A stretch of 64,000 bases of DNA from Lama glama (Eukaryota): the NCBI GenBank assembly GCA_028534125.1, contig CM052817.1:107076001-107140000 (forward strand), written 5' to 3'. The notes under the pieces were generated by a model, which saw only the letters and a list, made by a program, of their open reading frames with translations, was not told where the DNA came from and did not search any database. Made by a program: the position numbers and the translations under genes. This document shows, piece after piece, positions 26,561 through 37,918 of this stretch; positions within the stretch are counted from its first letter, which is position 1; each line of letters opens with the position of its first letter.

Positions 26561-29164
26561 AAGCCAGGAACCAAGTCTATCAAATGGATGTATATTATAA
26601 ATCACTTTGGTGAATCATAAGACATGACTGATGAAAAATCATCTAAGGGGAAAATAAATACCAACTATTGAAAATAATACTACTAATAAAAAACGGTAAA
26701 CTCTCCAAAGACTGTTGAAGAACTTTAATGCACACAAACATGTTTAATCTTCACAACCATGGGAGGCTGATATTACCACACTCACCCATGGTAAAATTTT
26801 AGCAACCCTTGACAAAAACAGAACAATATGGTGAAGGAAAGGTAAATTTACTTATTCTGAGATTATGACCTTTCTATCTTCGCAACATTAAAATGTCCTT
26901 TCTTTTATGAAATGGGGTTAGTGGGGAACAAGTTTACATTCATCTTTAACATGCTCACTTGGCAAAATCAACAGGTGGCAAACCAACATCAGCTCCCCAA
27001 AGTTCTGCGAAGCTTTAACAGCCCAGGAAATGCAAGGGTCTGAGCCCCACTAGCGTTAAGTGACCTGCCCAGGACCACAAAGCAGTTTGTGGTCTGGACA
27101 TCAGGGTCCAGGCTCATAACCGCTATGTCAGATGAAGGAAACACACTAAATAAACTCACAATGACTACTGCATGAATACAATCAAAGACACAAATGTGTA
27201 GCTACGAAGGAAAACAGCCACCCCACCACATGCAAAGTGGGAACAAGGACTTTCAAAGGGAAATGATTCTACCATGTTGCCTCCCACAGAGTTTCCTCGA
27301 AGGGATGGAGATTTAAACCACACCAAGGAAAACGGAATCAAGACAGGAATTCTCAGCCATTACGAGGTAGGTCTCAGATGAGCTTAGGTTCAGAGAGTCG
27401 CATCTGGGAATACAGAACTTGGGGGTTTCTGCATACCCGGTCTGCCTCTGGAAGAAGTCTGTGATTCCCCAGTGGAAGGAGCAGGGAGGTCCTCAACAAT
27501 GTTCCCCCTACAGCCAGCTCCTCGGTTTACTCCGGCTCTACCAAAGCCAGGGGTCCAACATGAACAAAGCCCAGAAAAGAACTGAAATGCACTCAAATTC
27601 TTCTTTACCTCAATTCTTGGCATCTTAGGCGACTGTATTTCAATTTTTTTTTTAACTCATGCGTTTTTCAAACTCATCTCTGGTTGTTTGGAAATGTAGC
27701 AATTTGATCAAGCATTTTCTTAATCCAACAACTAAATCATGTAACTTGGATGGCCAAACATTTCTCACAACTCGATCAAGAATTTTCTAACAAATACGAG
27801 TGTGCTTAAAAGGAAGCAGAGTTTGTAAGACTGCATAATGTAGCTTAGGGAAGAAATCAGAAACCTCCTGCCTTGAAGGATTCCAACAGTTACATACAGA
27901 ACAACTGGACGCATGTTGAACAGGGTTGGCCAACACCTACACACTTTCACAGGTTTTATTTTATAAGATTGGAGTTGCTTCAAAGTCGGGCCAGCTGTTT
28001 CCTTTTTCACAGGCGCCCTCAGATGCAATTTGTTATCAAAAACATCAAACAGAAAAAATCTTATTAAAATATAGAAAATAAATGGTTTTATCTTTACAAT
28101 TGAAAATAGTAGGGATCCTCCAGCTTTAACTTATCTGTAGTTATCTGAAACATCAGGGCCCATATTTTTCAATCCAATCTTCCGGCACCAACTTCAGTAA
28201 CGGGAAAAATTTTAAAAGTACACAGTATACAAAAACAGCATGCATCCTCCAGGATTTACCACACACGAAAAGAAAGGTAGGTGGCTAACGTGAGGGGGTG
28301 AGGGTTGGGGGAGACTGGCACTGTAACTGAAATGCAACAGTGTATATATATACATACACATACACACACACACATACACATATATATAAAAATACAAAAT
28401 CAGTTCAAGGTAGAAATCTCTCTACAAATCTTTTTTTATATATATAAATTTTTTTTAATTCTTTTTTTTTCCTTTTTAGAGCCTGGTAGGACAAGTGCAG
28501 AGGAAAGAACTGCACACACGGCCAGAAGGTGCCATCCTCAGGTGCAGCAGAGCCTCTGACCAGCCCTCTTAAATACGCCCTTGCCACTCCCTTGTCTCCC
28601 TCCCACCCCCTCACTCCTACCAAAAGTAACGATTTGAAGAATTTTTAAGTTCACAGGAAAGGAAAAGGAGGAGGGGGAACCTGTGGACTTGATTTCGCCT
28701 AGACTGACCGCCTTCCACCACAACCACAATTTCCTTTCTGCGGTGCTTAATGTGCATGTTGTATTTTACCTCCTACACACTTTTTCTTACAGCAAAAACT
28801 CTAATTTACTTATACTCAGGATCATGAAACATTCACAACTGGTAAAATACACTGCATCTTGTGAATATCTACAAAATTCAGATGGGAATAAGGGTTAAAT
28901 AGTTAAAAGTTACTGTTTCAGCTCTTCTTGTCCATTGTTTAGAAGCTTGTGTGTATACGTATTTTAAATTTCCTCTAATATATTGCTTTAACCATGTCAC
29001 TAATGGTCCAAGGCATACAAATATTTAGCTAAAAGGCACTGAGCTCTTCATTAAGATTAAAGATTAAATCATTAATCAGGAAAAAGGTTTTTTTTAATAT
29101 CTTAATTTGGTAGCCCCTCTTCAGAGTCACAATAAAACCCTAAAAGCTATGTGGTTTTTTACTT

Positions 29165-29910
29165 TTAATTCTAAAAGTACTTTAGACTAAAAAAGTTATT
29201 TAAAAAAATAGTTCAGAGATCCTATATATGCTTTATGCAGCTGCCCATAATTTATTATCTAAAACAAACACAGTAAAATTACCTATTCAAATTTCACCAG
29301 TTTTCCTAACAATTTGTTTTTGTTTTTTCTGGTCCAGGACTGAATCTAGGACCCACATCTCATCTGGTTATCCTGCATCCTTAGGCTCCTCCGATCTGGG
29401 ACAACCTGGGCACTTCTGAGTACTGGCCATTTTGTAGACTGTCCTAAAATGTGAGTCTGTCTGGTGTTTCCTGCACTCAGACTGAAGGGTGTTGATGTGT
29501 CTGTTCATATAACTTCAATCACCTAGCAATCTGCTGTCTGCTGGTTTCTTTACTATCAAATTATTGATTTCCCCTTTATAACTAATTGATTAATCTCGTG
29601 GGGGAAGACACTTGGAGCCGATGTAAATATTCTGATGGATGCTATTTCTCATCAGACTCTCCCCCACTCACTTTGGCATCTACTGATCCTTGCTTGCAAC
29701 AATTATGACTGGGATGTGTGCCTCCTGGTGATTTTCCATTTCCATCAGGCCTTCTACATTTTTTATTGGAATTCTACTGCAACAAAGAGCTGTCTCTTCT
29801 CCTCCATTTATTTATTTATTCGATGGTTTACTTACATTGGCATGAGCTCACGGATATTCTTCCCCTAGAGGTTATAATCCTTCTTTATTTTGTCGTTCAA
29901 ATTGCCCCCT
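29165..29910 (-). mobile_element. Old L1 3' region (L1MC/L1ME-type)
   Basis: CTGGTCCAGGA.., TTTTGTAGACTGTCC.., CTGCAACAAAGAGCTGTCTCTTCTCC motifs. Confidence 0.55.
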
Positions 29911-30294
29911 GGGAGACCTTCATAAATACAGTCATTAAACTTCCTTCTGAATTGTAATACTCCACTTCAGTTGGGGACGATCAAGTAAATTCTTCGAATG
30001 AGGGGTCACTGATGGTAAGTCTGGCTTTACCACTTACATTGTGACCAAAAAACACTTTTCTATGGGGAAAAAAAAACTGTATATATTGAAATATATCAAA
30101 TGTGCTGTACCCTCACAACTCTTGCTCATCCAAGACCTTTACTCTTTATTATATATGTTATTATTGAATTTTCTAATCACTGTCACTAAGTCCACCTTAC
30201 CCTGTACTGTGCCCATCCCCAAATATTTTTGGTATTTCAAGAACACAGCACAAACCACTTAGAGACAATCGGAGAAATTCATTTTAGCCAAAAG

Positions 30295-30672
30295 GTAATG
30301 AGCCTTAATTACGCTGAGTGAAAAAAAAAAAAAAAGCCGATCCAAAAGGTCAAACACTGTGATTGCATTTATACAACATTCTTGAAATGACAAAAGTATA
30401 GCAACGGAGAACAGATGAGTCCTTGCCAGAGGGAGGGTTGGGGAGTGAGTGTGGTTATAAAAGGTAACAAGAGGCATTCCTGCGGTGGTGGAATCCTGCA
30501 TGTAGGTAGGCCATAGTATCACCGCCAGCATCCCGGTTGTGACACGACACTCCAATTTTACAAGGTACCCGTAATGGGGAAAAGGGGGTAAGGGGTACAC
30601 AGGAGCTCTGCGTTAGTAATTACAACTGCATGTGAATCTACAATTGTCTCAAACAAAAAAAAAAAATTTTTT
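30295..30672 (+). mobile_element. L1MC1/2-like 3' end
   Basis: CATTTATACAACATTCTTGAAATGACAAAA.., ACAACTGCATGTGAATCTACAATT..CTCAAA followed by an A tail. Confidence 0.8.
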
Positions 30673-31286
30673 TAAAGATAATGAGTTTCAACTCTAGACT
30701 GAATATTCCGCAGGATAAGATAATCAGCACTGTGCCCCAGCCCCTCAGACCCACTGGCTGCTAGTTGGCTGCTGGGGAAGTTACTATCAGGCCTTCCGGG
30801 AGCAACCGGCTTACGGCTAACCTTTAGGGTCTCTCCTTCCCTGGTTAGCTTTTCTGTTGCGGAGGAACAAATACCGCAGGCCAGGGAAGGACAGAAGGGG
30901 CCACGGGCCAATAAGGGTGGGCTGGTCAACTGAGCCACCAGCAGTGAACAGCATCCCAGCGTCAGTTCTCATCTCGAGTTATTTGGCTCATATTAAACAG
31001 TTGAGAAGTTCTAAACCTTCATAATCTACAACTTCCAATTCGTAGAAGGCAAGCCATGAGAACTGTAGTGGGAGGAAAGGGGGCTTTAGTTCCAACAACG
31101 AAACAAGGTTCTCGTTCAAGTCACACCAACTCCTTCAAAACACTTTTTATTGCTTAATGGGCATGAAAGCATACAAATGGTGCCAAGAGAATTTAAAATG
31201 CAAGGACTAAACCTCTCGCTCCACAAAAGCTAACCCCCCACCATCACACCAATTGACTGAAGAAGTAAATACCTGAACACAGCAAG

Positions 31287-31287
<1 letters not shown>

Positions 31288-31316
<29 letters not shown>
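31288..31316. repeat. (CA)n microsatellite
   Basis: Direct observation. Confidence 0.95.
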
Positions 31317-31319
<3 letters not shown>

Positions 31320-31620
31320 GAAACGGCAGAGCAGTTCAGCAAGTGCTGGTTAATTAGCATGTGAGACCAGAGATGATGGTTGTTGGGTTTTTTTCCTGAA
31401 AAGATAAAAATCCTAACAGTGAATATAATATGGCCGTCAGCGCACTTCCCCCCACCCAGGCTGATATCACCGATAATGTGTTTTTACTCACTATATATAT
31501 TCGAGCCTGACAAAGCTGCGCAAGACCAATTATGTCTACTAAAAATTGCTTCTCCTTCCTAATTTCAACGTTAATTCATCTATCTAACCAAAAAATGGTG
31601 TGGGGGGGTAGTAAGGAACG

Positions 31621-31662
31621 GTCCCCACAGACTTGCTACAGTCCCCACAGACTTGCTACAGT
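31621..31662. repeat. Perfect 20-bp tandem duplication GTCCCCACAGACTTGCTACA x2
   Basis: Direct observation. Confidence 0.95.
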
Positions 31663-33024
31663 TGTCACCTTGGGCCAACTCAAGTCAACTGTAACCTTAA
31701 ACTCAGGTGTTTCTCAACTCTTCCGAAGGATGGAACGTCTAGAAATCACATTATCATTACAGACATACAAAAATACTAATGTGTTTAGCAGAATGATATG
31801 ATAAATTAGACACTGCATATTAGATTCCAGAATGTACATGTAGAAGACATCAAAGTTTAAGGGAAAATAATGTGATTTTTAAAAAAATCTTAAAAATCAA
31901 GACAATTACATTTGACCGCTTGGGTTTTTCTTCCTGTGAGCTGAGTGTCCGTCATTGTCATGTGCCACGAGCAGGCTGCACTGGCGTACTCGTGTGCCCA
32001 GTGTGATACACGAGCAGCTGGTGGACACGTGCACACAGCGGACTCTACCGTGTCACTGGGGCTCCCAACCACCCAGCCCTGAAGGCCAGACCTCTACACA
32101 CTCTCCTCAGACCACAAGCGTCTACACCACATGCAGTCATCTTCCATCCACCTCTCATCCCTTGGGCTCCAGGTACCCTGAACAAAGGCCCACCTGTGTT
32201 TCCTCACAACCGCATGTGCTACCCAACATGACAATGGGTTTGTCTGGACTATCCTTCATTTCCTCCTGTCCTCCGGCAGCGTGAGTTCCTGCTCCCCTAA
32301 GGTGCAACACACACTCATGCCCTAAGACTTAACACGCCTCTCTTCAGTGCTGGCACGGGACAGCTGTCACAGCACTAATGAATCACATCCCACTCAAGGA
32401 CACAATAGACTGGGGAGTGGCTTGAGGGACCGACGTCTCATTTCATCCATGAATTCCCAAGCCCTGCTAAGTAACAGGCACTGCATTAGAACGCGATACC
32501 GTAAGAGCTAACGTTAGGCGCTGCACTCAGCGGTAAACGGACTTCCTTCCACTCAATCCACAAGATAACCTCAGAAAGCTATAATCTACATTTTACAGAT
32601 GAGAAAAGCTGTTACCAAAAATGGGTGAGGGGAGGGCACAGCCCCTAAAATACAGATTATCAAGGAACTAACACCTGCGTCCACATTTCCATACCTCTTT
32701 ACGCTCATCTCAATCACAGTTGAGGTCATTCCAACTCCCTTTCGCTCCCTATAAAACTTACAAAATAAGTAACAAAGCTAAAAGAAAGAGTAAGTTTTCA
32801 AATGAGTCAAGAAAACATAGTCCACCTTTTTAAAAGGTTATTATATCTGTATTTCAAATAGTTAATTTATGTCTAGGTATATACTCCTATTTATTTATAT
32901 AATATTACTATATTTGTGTGATTTGAATTTCAAACATCACCGAAGGCAGACTTTACTGTGATCGTTTAACTCCCCCCAGAATCCACCTGGATAAACTTTT
33001 TTCAGGCCAGCTGTAATTTTTTTA

Positions 33025-33127
33025 GGAGGGTGGGTACAGCTCAGTGGTAGAGCATATACTTAGAATGCATGAGGTCCTGGGTTCAATCCCCAGTACCTCC
33101 ATTTAAAAAAAAGAAAGAAAAGAAAAA
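33025..33127 (+). mobile_element. Vic-1-type SINE
   Basis: ACAGCTCAGTGGTAGAGC..GAGGTCCTGGGTTCAATCCCCAGTACCTCCA with an A/(GAAA)n tail. Confidence 0.92.
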
Positions 33128-36100
33128 CTCATTCACACATAGTAATTTTTTTTTAAGAAAGAAACATTGTGAGTTTTCTTACAAAGCTATGAAGCAAAGA
33201 ATTTCCGATTCCAAGAACAGAGCTTTGGGGTGATAGTGTATTGTCCACACCCCACCCCTTCTTTTTAAATACTGAGACACAATAAATAAAATAAAGTGAT
33301 AGGAGGTTACAGATAGTTTTGTTTTTATTTTATGTCCTACTCGAGAGGAAAAAACTGCAATGAGTTGGCAACCAGGTAGTCCTCTTCCTTTTTTTAATTT
33401 TTTGAGTGTTCTGTGAAATCTGAAGGGCTGTGTTAAGCCAGCCTCCACACAGCACTGCAGCTGGAGAGATTCACTCTGAACCTCGGCCAAGCTATGCAAA
33501 GCTAATTATGGAACTGTTAATTAATAAATGTTTAAAAGGTTATCTGAAGGCAACTAAGTTTCCACCAACATTGCAAAGGAGTGTTAATAATTTTTATCAT
33601 AAATTTAAGTCCTCACATGTTCAAAGCCTCATGCTAATAGAGTTTGAAAAAAAAATTTTTTCAGTAATAAGTGTGCATTTGTTTAACCTACAAATTCAGA
33701 TTATCATTGTTATGAAACCTAAATGCTTGTAGCCAAACAGGCATTACTCTGGAAAGACACGCTTTCCAAAACTGCACCCAGATTATTCAGTTGTGTTTTA
33801 TGAACAAAAACTACTTAAGAAACAAATATTTATTACTAGAGCCCCAAAATGAGCCAAAGTACAAAGTATAAACTGTCAAAATATGAAACTGCTCATAAAT
33901 AATGATAAAAAAGAAATGGAAAATTTTACTGTAATAGACACAATTCTTCCATTAGATTTGAAAGTTAAATTTTCACCAGAGTTACTCTTTTGTGCAGATT
34001 CTCATAATTTAAAGTTCTCTGGGCTAAAGGTACTTTTTCAGCCCTCTGGTTATGATTCAAGATGTACTGTACTGAGTGACTTGCAAATTAAGTCTTATGC
34101 TGTTATGAGCTCTCCCATGACAAATTCACGAATTAGTGACTAAATCAAAAGGTGTAATAGCCAAAAAAAAAAAAAAAGTTTTCCAACAGTGAAAAACAAA
34201 GTTAACAAATTATTAACTAGGAAGGGACGAGGTGGGAGGTGTTTTACACAAGCCATTTTAAAAAGTAACTTTTACAACTAGCTAAAAACACATCATGTTA
34301 GATCTTAAAAGTAGAAGAAACAATTCTGCAATAGATATTTCACCTGAAAAACTAAAAACGGGCGATTAAACACTCTACATTAGCAATCTGAAAGGGTTTG
34401 AACTCAAGAAGTTAATAAAATGGTTTAGACAAATCATTTTATTGTTTAAAGCCTTGGGGGAGAAGCTGTTTATAATTTATTTACGTCTTTTACTTCACTA
34501 AATTGCATAGGTGACCAAGCTTCCCATTTAAGTGATTAAAGACAGAAACCCAAATAGTTTATTTAATAAAGCAATTACTTAAGAGTCCTGTTTTTCAACA
34601 GAGGTGCACTGAAATACATCAATAGAACATTTAGTGTTCCTTATTTTCCAGGAGGTTTGTTATCAGGAATACAGTGCCCCACTGACTAGAACTTAGCCAC
34701 TTTTCAGACACACCATATGGGACACACATTGGATCAAAGACGGCTTTCTTCCTCCTCTCTGAGGATCAGGTGAGTGACAGCCCCTTAAAGCTGAGTATGT
34801 GAGATCTGCCTAAAACTTCGGGTGACAATTTTTGTTGTTGTTTCTCCTTACTATTCCCTGTCTAGTGACACACCTAAATAAATGGGAAAATGGGTTCCCA
34901 CTGGGCATGAAAAGCTCCCTAATTTTATAATAATTTTCTAAGTCCCTGTGTTTACAGAGTCTCTCCTCACACCCAGATTCTCTTCCAGCTAACTCCTTAG
35001 GTTACAATAGCGACATCACGAATACTTCTAGACAGTTGACTGACCTAGTACAAAAGTATGTCTTCACAGTTTGGGAGAGAAACTGGGTTGGTGGGGTTTT
35101 AAAAAAAAAGAAAAAGAATTCAACAGCAACACCACAAAAATCAATTTTCCTCTCTTTTTTTAAAGTACCTTTCTTCTGCCTGTCGTGAGAATCACACAAA
35201 CACCTCTACCAAGGCTATTCTGAGAAATAGAAGCACGACAGCAAAACTTTCCTAATTCATATCCTTCTGTTCGTATCAAGTTTATATAATAAGTTTGCTT
35301 TTCTATTACAAAATCCTAACTCGAGCACCCATGAGAAATCATAGTACAGAAAAACTTCCAACTCTTGCCTTCACAAAGCACTCAGTATCAAAAGCACCTT
35401 GTACCAAAACATTTTTTACTTTTGAGCAAATTTCAAACTTTTAGAAGATTAACAAGCCAGTAAAGATGGAAAACACATTTCAACTACATTTCACATTTCC
35501 AACTACTTTCTCTCTCTAAAATAATAATAAGTAATCACCAAGTGAGCGTCAAAGTTAGCAGTATGGACACTTAACGAATGTTCAAAACGTTTGGTAAGTT
35601 TCCCTGCGTTTACTTTTTCTATGAAGGTGTGGTGGGGGGAACATATTGCTTTCAGATGGTCCCTGAAGCTTTCACGTTGTGGGGTTAGTAGTCACTGGCC
35701 AAGCTCTATGCTGGGCCGGTTTTTACTCCATTCTCCACAACTGGCACGGGAACAGGAAAGTTTAACAGTTCACTTCTCGGGCACAATCCGCTCGCTGTCA
35801 CAGTGGAGGTTTTGTCTCTTCCAGTTTTGTTTGGTGACCACCCCCCTTTCCACCCACCTGATAGTAGGTTTCACGTCACTGCTATTCTAATCAGCCAGCC
35901 AAAGACACCATTTCGCCTCTCTCTAATTTCCACGAAAGGCCTCTGACATCATTTTCTGACCAGCCTGGCTAGGTTCTAATATTCTCAGCATGTATGATTT
36001 CACTTGGCACTTCAAACACTGGAAGGTATTGAAATATTTCGCTGAAATTTGCTTTTCCACCACACTGTGACCGGGAACGTGCATTTTCAGATACACAAGA

Positions 36101-37457
36101 CTGATTCCACTGACAAGTGTAAAACAAACAGCAGATGAAGAAGGCACAGCAGAGGCAGGGCAACAAGGTCAAAACAGGACATTCTTTGTTTTTGACAAAA
36201 CAATACTGCAGAAAAGGAATTTTCTGGAGTCACTGTGAAATGAATTTTCTTGTAAAACTATCACCCATCTTCCACACGTTTGGTAAATATGTGCAATCTA
36301 CCCATCATCCCCAGATGTGATGGCTCTGCCAGAAAAAAAAATCAAGAATCAAAAACGGTACCAGGTGCCACTCCTGGGCCTTGTCCAAAGACAGACAGTG
36401 GAAGATGCTATGTTATTCTGTTCTCCCTGCATTAAATAATAACAATCAACGTCAGAGAAGCAGAGCATTTGGATGTGAACAGATGGCATCTAACACCTAA
36501 CAAGCAAAGCAACTCTTTCAAGCACTAGATCCTAAATGTCTGATGGTCCCAAGGATCAGGAGGGCTTATTTGTCTTAAGACGGTTGGCAGCGGGATGCCC
36601 TGGAGTCACTATCCCCACGCTTAGGAACGTGCGTCATTATCCAGCCAGCCACTAAAAGCAAAAAAGTAAAATAAAATAAAACCACCACATTTTTGTAAAA
36701 TTTCCCCCTTCAAGTCCAACTTCAGACGATCAAATCCAAAACCATCAGCAATTCCTCCACTTCAAGCAAGGGAAAAAATAAGCCTGAAGGTAAACGAACG
36801 CATAAAATTAACAAACTTATCTAATTTTGACGGGGTTGTGCAACAGCGAAAGAATCCGCAGGGTGCCCTTCCCGGGGGTGTATCTGAATCTGTCTGCTCT
36901 GCAGTTGCCTGCGATTGAAACTAAACCCAAGAACCGAGCGGTTCAACTTTTCCCCCTCTTCGTTAGAAAGCATCAGCCCTTTCTCCAAAAAGCAAAATAG
37001 CAAATATACCAACATCTCAACGCTGTATGCCGAAGGCCACCACGGATCTGTCTTTGGTAGAAGCCCTGCAAGTTTCCTCCTCTACCTCTGCGGACACCAG
37101 GGAACTCTGGAAGGTGGACGGGGCCGCAAGCACTGGGAAGGGAGCCTGCGACCAGGCTGGCAGGAGGGGCCGGCCAGAGGAGGTGACCACCCTCTCCCCA
37201 CCAGAGGCTCACAGGCCCGACGCTTGGCTAGAATTGGGGATGCTCGAAGGAGACTTTTCTCCTCCGCGGTGGGAAGGTCAGCTGCGGCGAAAAGAAGATC
37301 TCGGAGAGGGGACCGTAAGGCCAGGATGGACAGGGGAGAAGACGCCGCGATGGGATGCCATAGGAAGTTGGGCTCCTGATGAGGAGCGGGCGCGTGGGGC
37401 GCACCGCGCGGCGGGGCGGGGGGGGCGCGGGGAGGGCGCGGCCGGCGCGGGGCTCAC

Positions 37458-37526
37458 CTGGGGGGTCCTCTCGGCCGGGTTCTTCATCACCGCCTGGCGG
37501 AAGCTGTTATCCACGTAGGACGCCAT
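37458..37526 (-). CDS. RAPGEF2: First coding exon (23 codons) of Rap guanine nucleotide exchange factor 2, long isoform
   Basis: ATG at 37526 (context GGGGAGATGG) reads MASYVDNSFRQAVMKNPAERTPQ and ends at a phase-0 donor CAG|GTGAGC (GT = 37457-37456). This matches the N-terminus I recall for long RAPGEF2 (MASYVDNSFRQAVMKNPPERTPQ|DLEIVYSYL...) and differs from RAPGEF6 (MNSPVDPGARQAL...). It lies in a CpG island, and the MIR3688-like sequence in the downstream intron supports synteny. Confidence 0.93.
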
Positions 37527-37587
37527 CTCCCCCCGCGGCCCGGGCCGGGGCCGCTTCGCGCCCTCGGCCGCCTCCTCCCGGCCCAGC

Positions 37588-37605
37588 GCCGCCGCCGCCG
37601 CCGCC
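37588..37605. repeat. (GCC)6 trinucleotide repeat; (GGC)6 in the mRNA sense
   Basis: 6 units counted directly. Confidence 0.95.
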
Positions 37606-37653
37606 TCCGCCCTGCGCGCTCCGCCCGCCCGCCTCGGGCCAACCAGCCAAACC

Positions 37654-37686
<33 letters not shown>
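37654..37686. repeat. (GCG)11 trinucleotide repeat; (GCC/CGC)11 in the mRNA sense
   Basis: 11 uninterrupted units counted directly. Confidence 0.97.
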
Positions 37687-37687
<1 letters not shown>

Positions 37688-37908
37688 GGCGGGTGGGGGC
37701 AGGGGGCCCGGGGACGGTGCGGCGGGGCGGGGGGCGTGCGAGGCCGCGCAGCCCCGGCCCCGCGGCCGAGGGTCCCAGCGGCGCCCGACGCTCCCCGCTT
37801 CCTCTGCGCCGCTCAGCCGGGCAAGCGCCCTCCGGGCTCGGGCTCGACACGCCTCCCCGGCTCCCCTCGGGGCAGGCGGCGGCTCCTCCCGGCCCCGGCG
37901 GGCCTGAG

Positions 37909-37918
37909 CTATTTTTAG
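37909..37918. promoter_or_regulatory. MEF2 consensus site CTATTTTTAG
   Basis: Exact CTA(A/T)4TAG match, standing out as an AT-rich patch within the CpG island. Confidence 0.55.

Larger units (their letters stand above)
1..37457 (-). other. RAPGEF2: 5' part of RAPGEF2 intron 1 (continues beyond window start)
   Basis: Follows the exon-1 donor. No sequence encoding the expected next peptide (DLEIVYSYLHGME...) was seen, and the DNA is repeat-rich non-coding. Confidence 0.85.

Noticed and set aside
22921..31662. Short direct repeats as a CRISPR-like or other array
   Set aside because: Each is just two adjacent copies without spacers, in eukaryotic DNA: simple tandem duplications.
1..37457. Pathogenic-type TTTTA/TTTCA pentanucleotide repeat known from human RAPGEF2
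   Set aside because: No such array was seen, and that locus lies much further into the gene.
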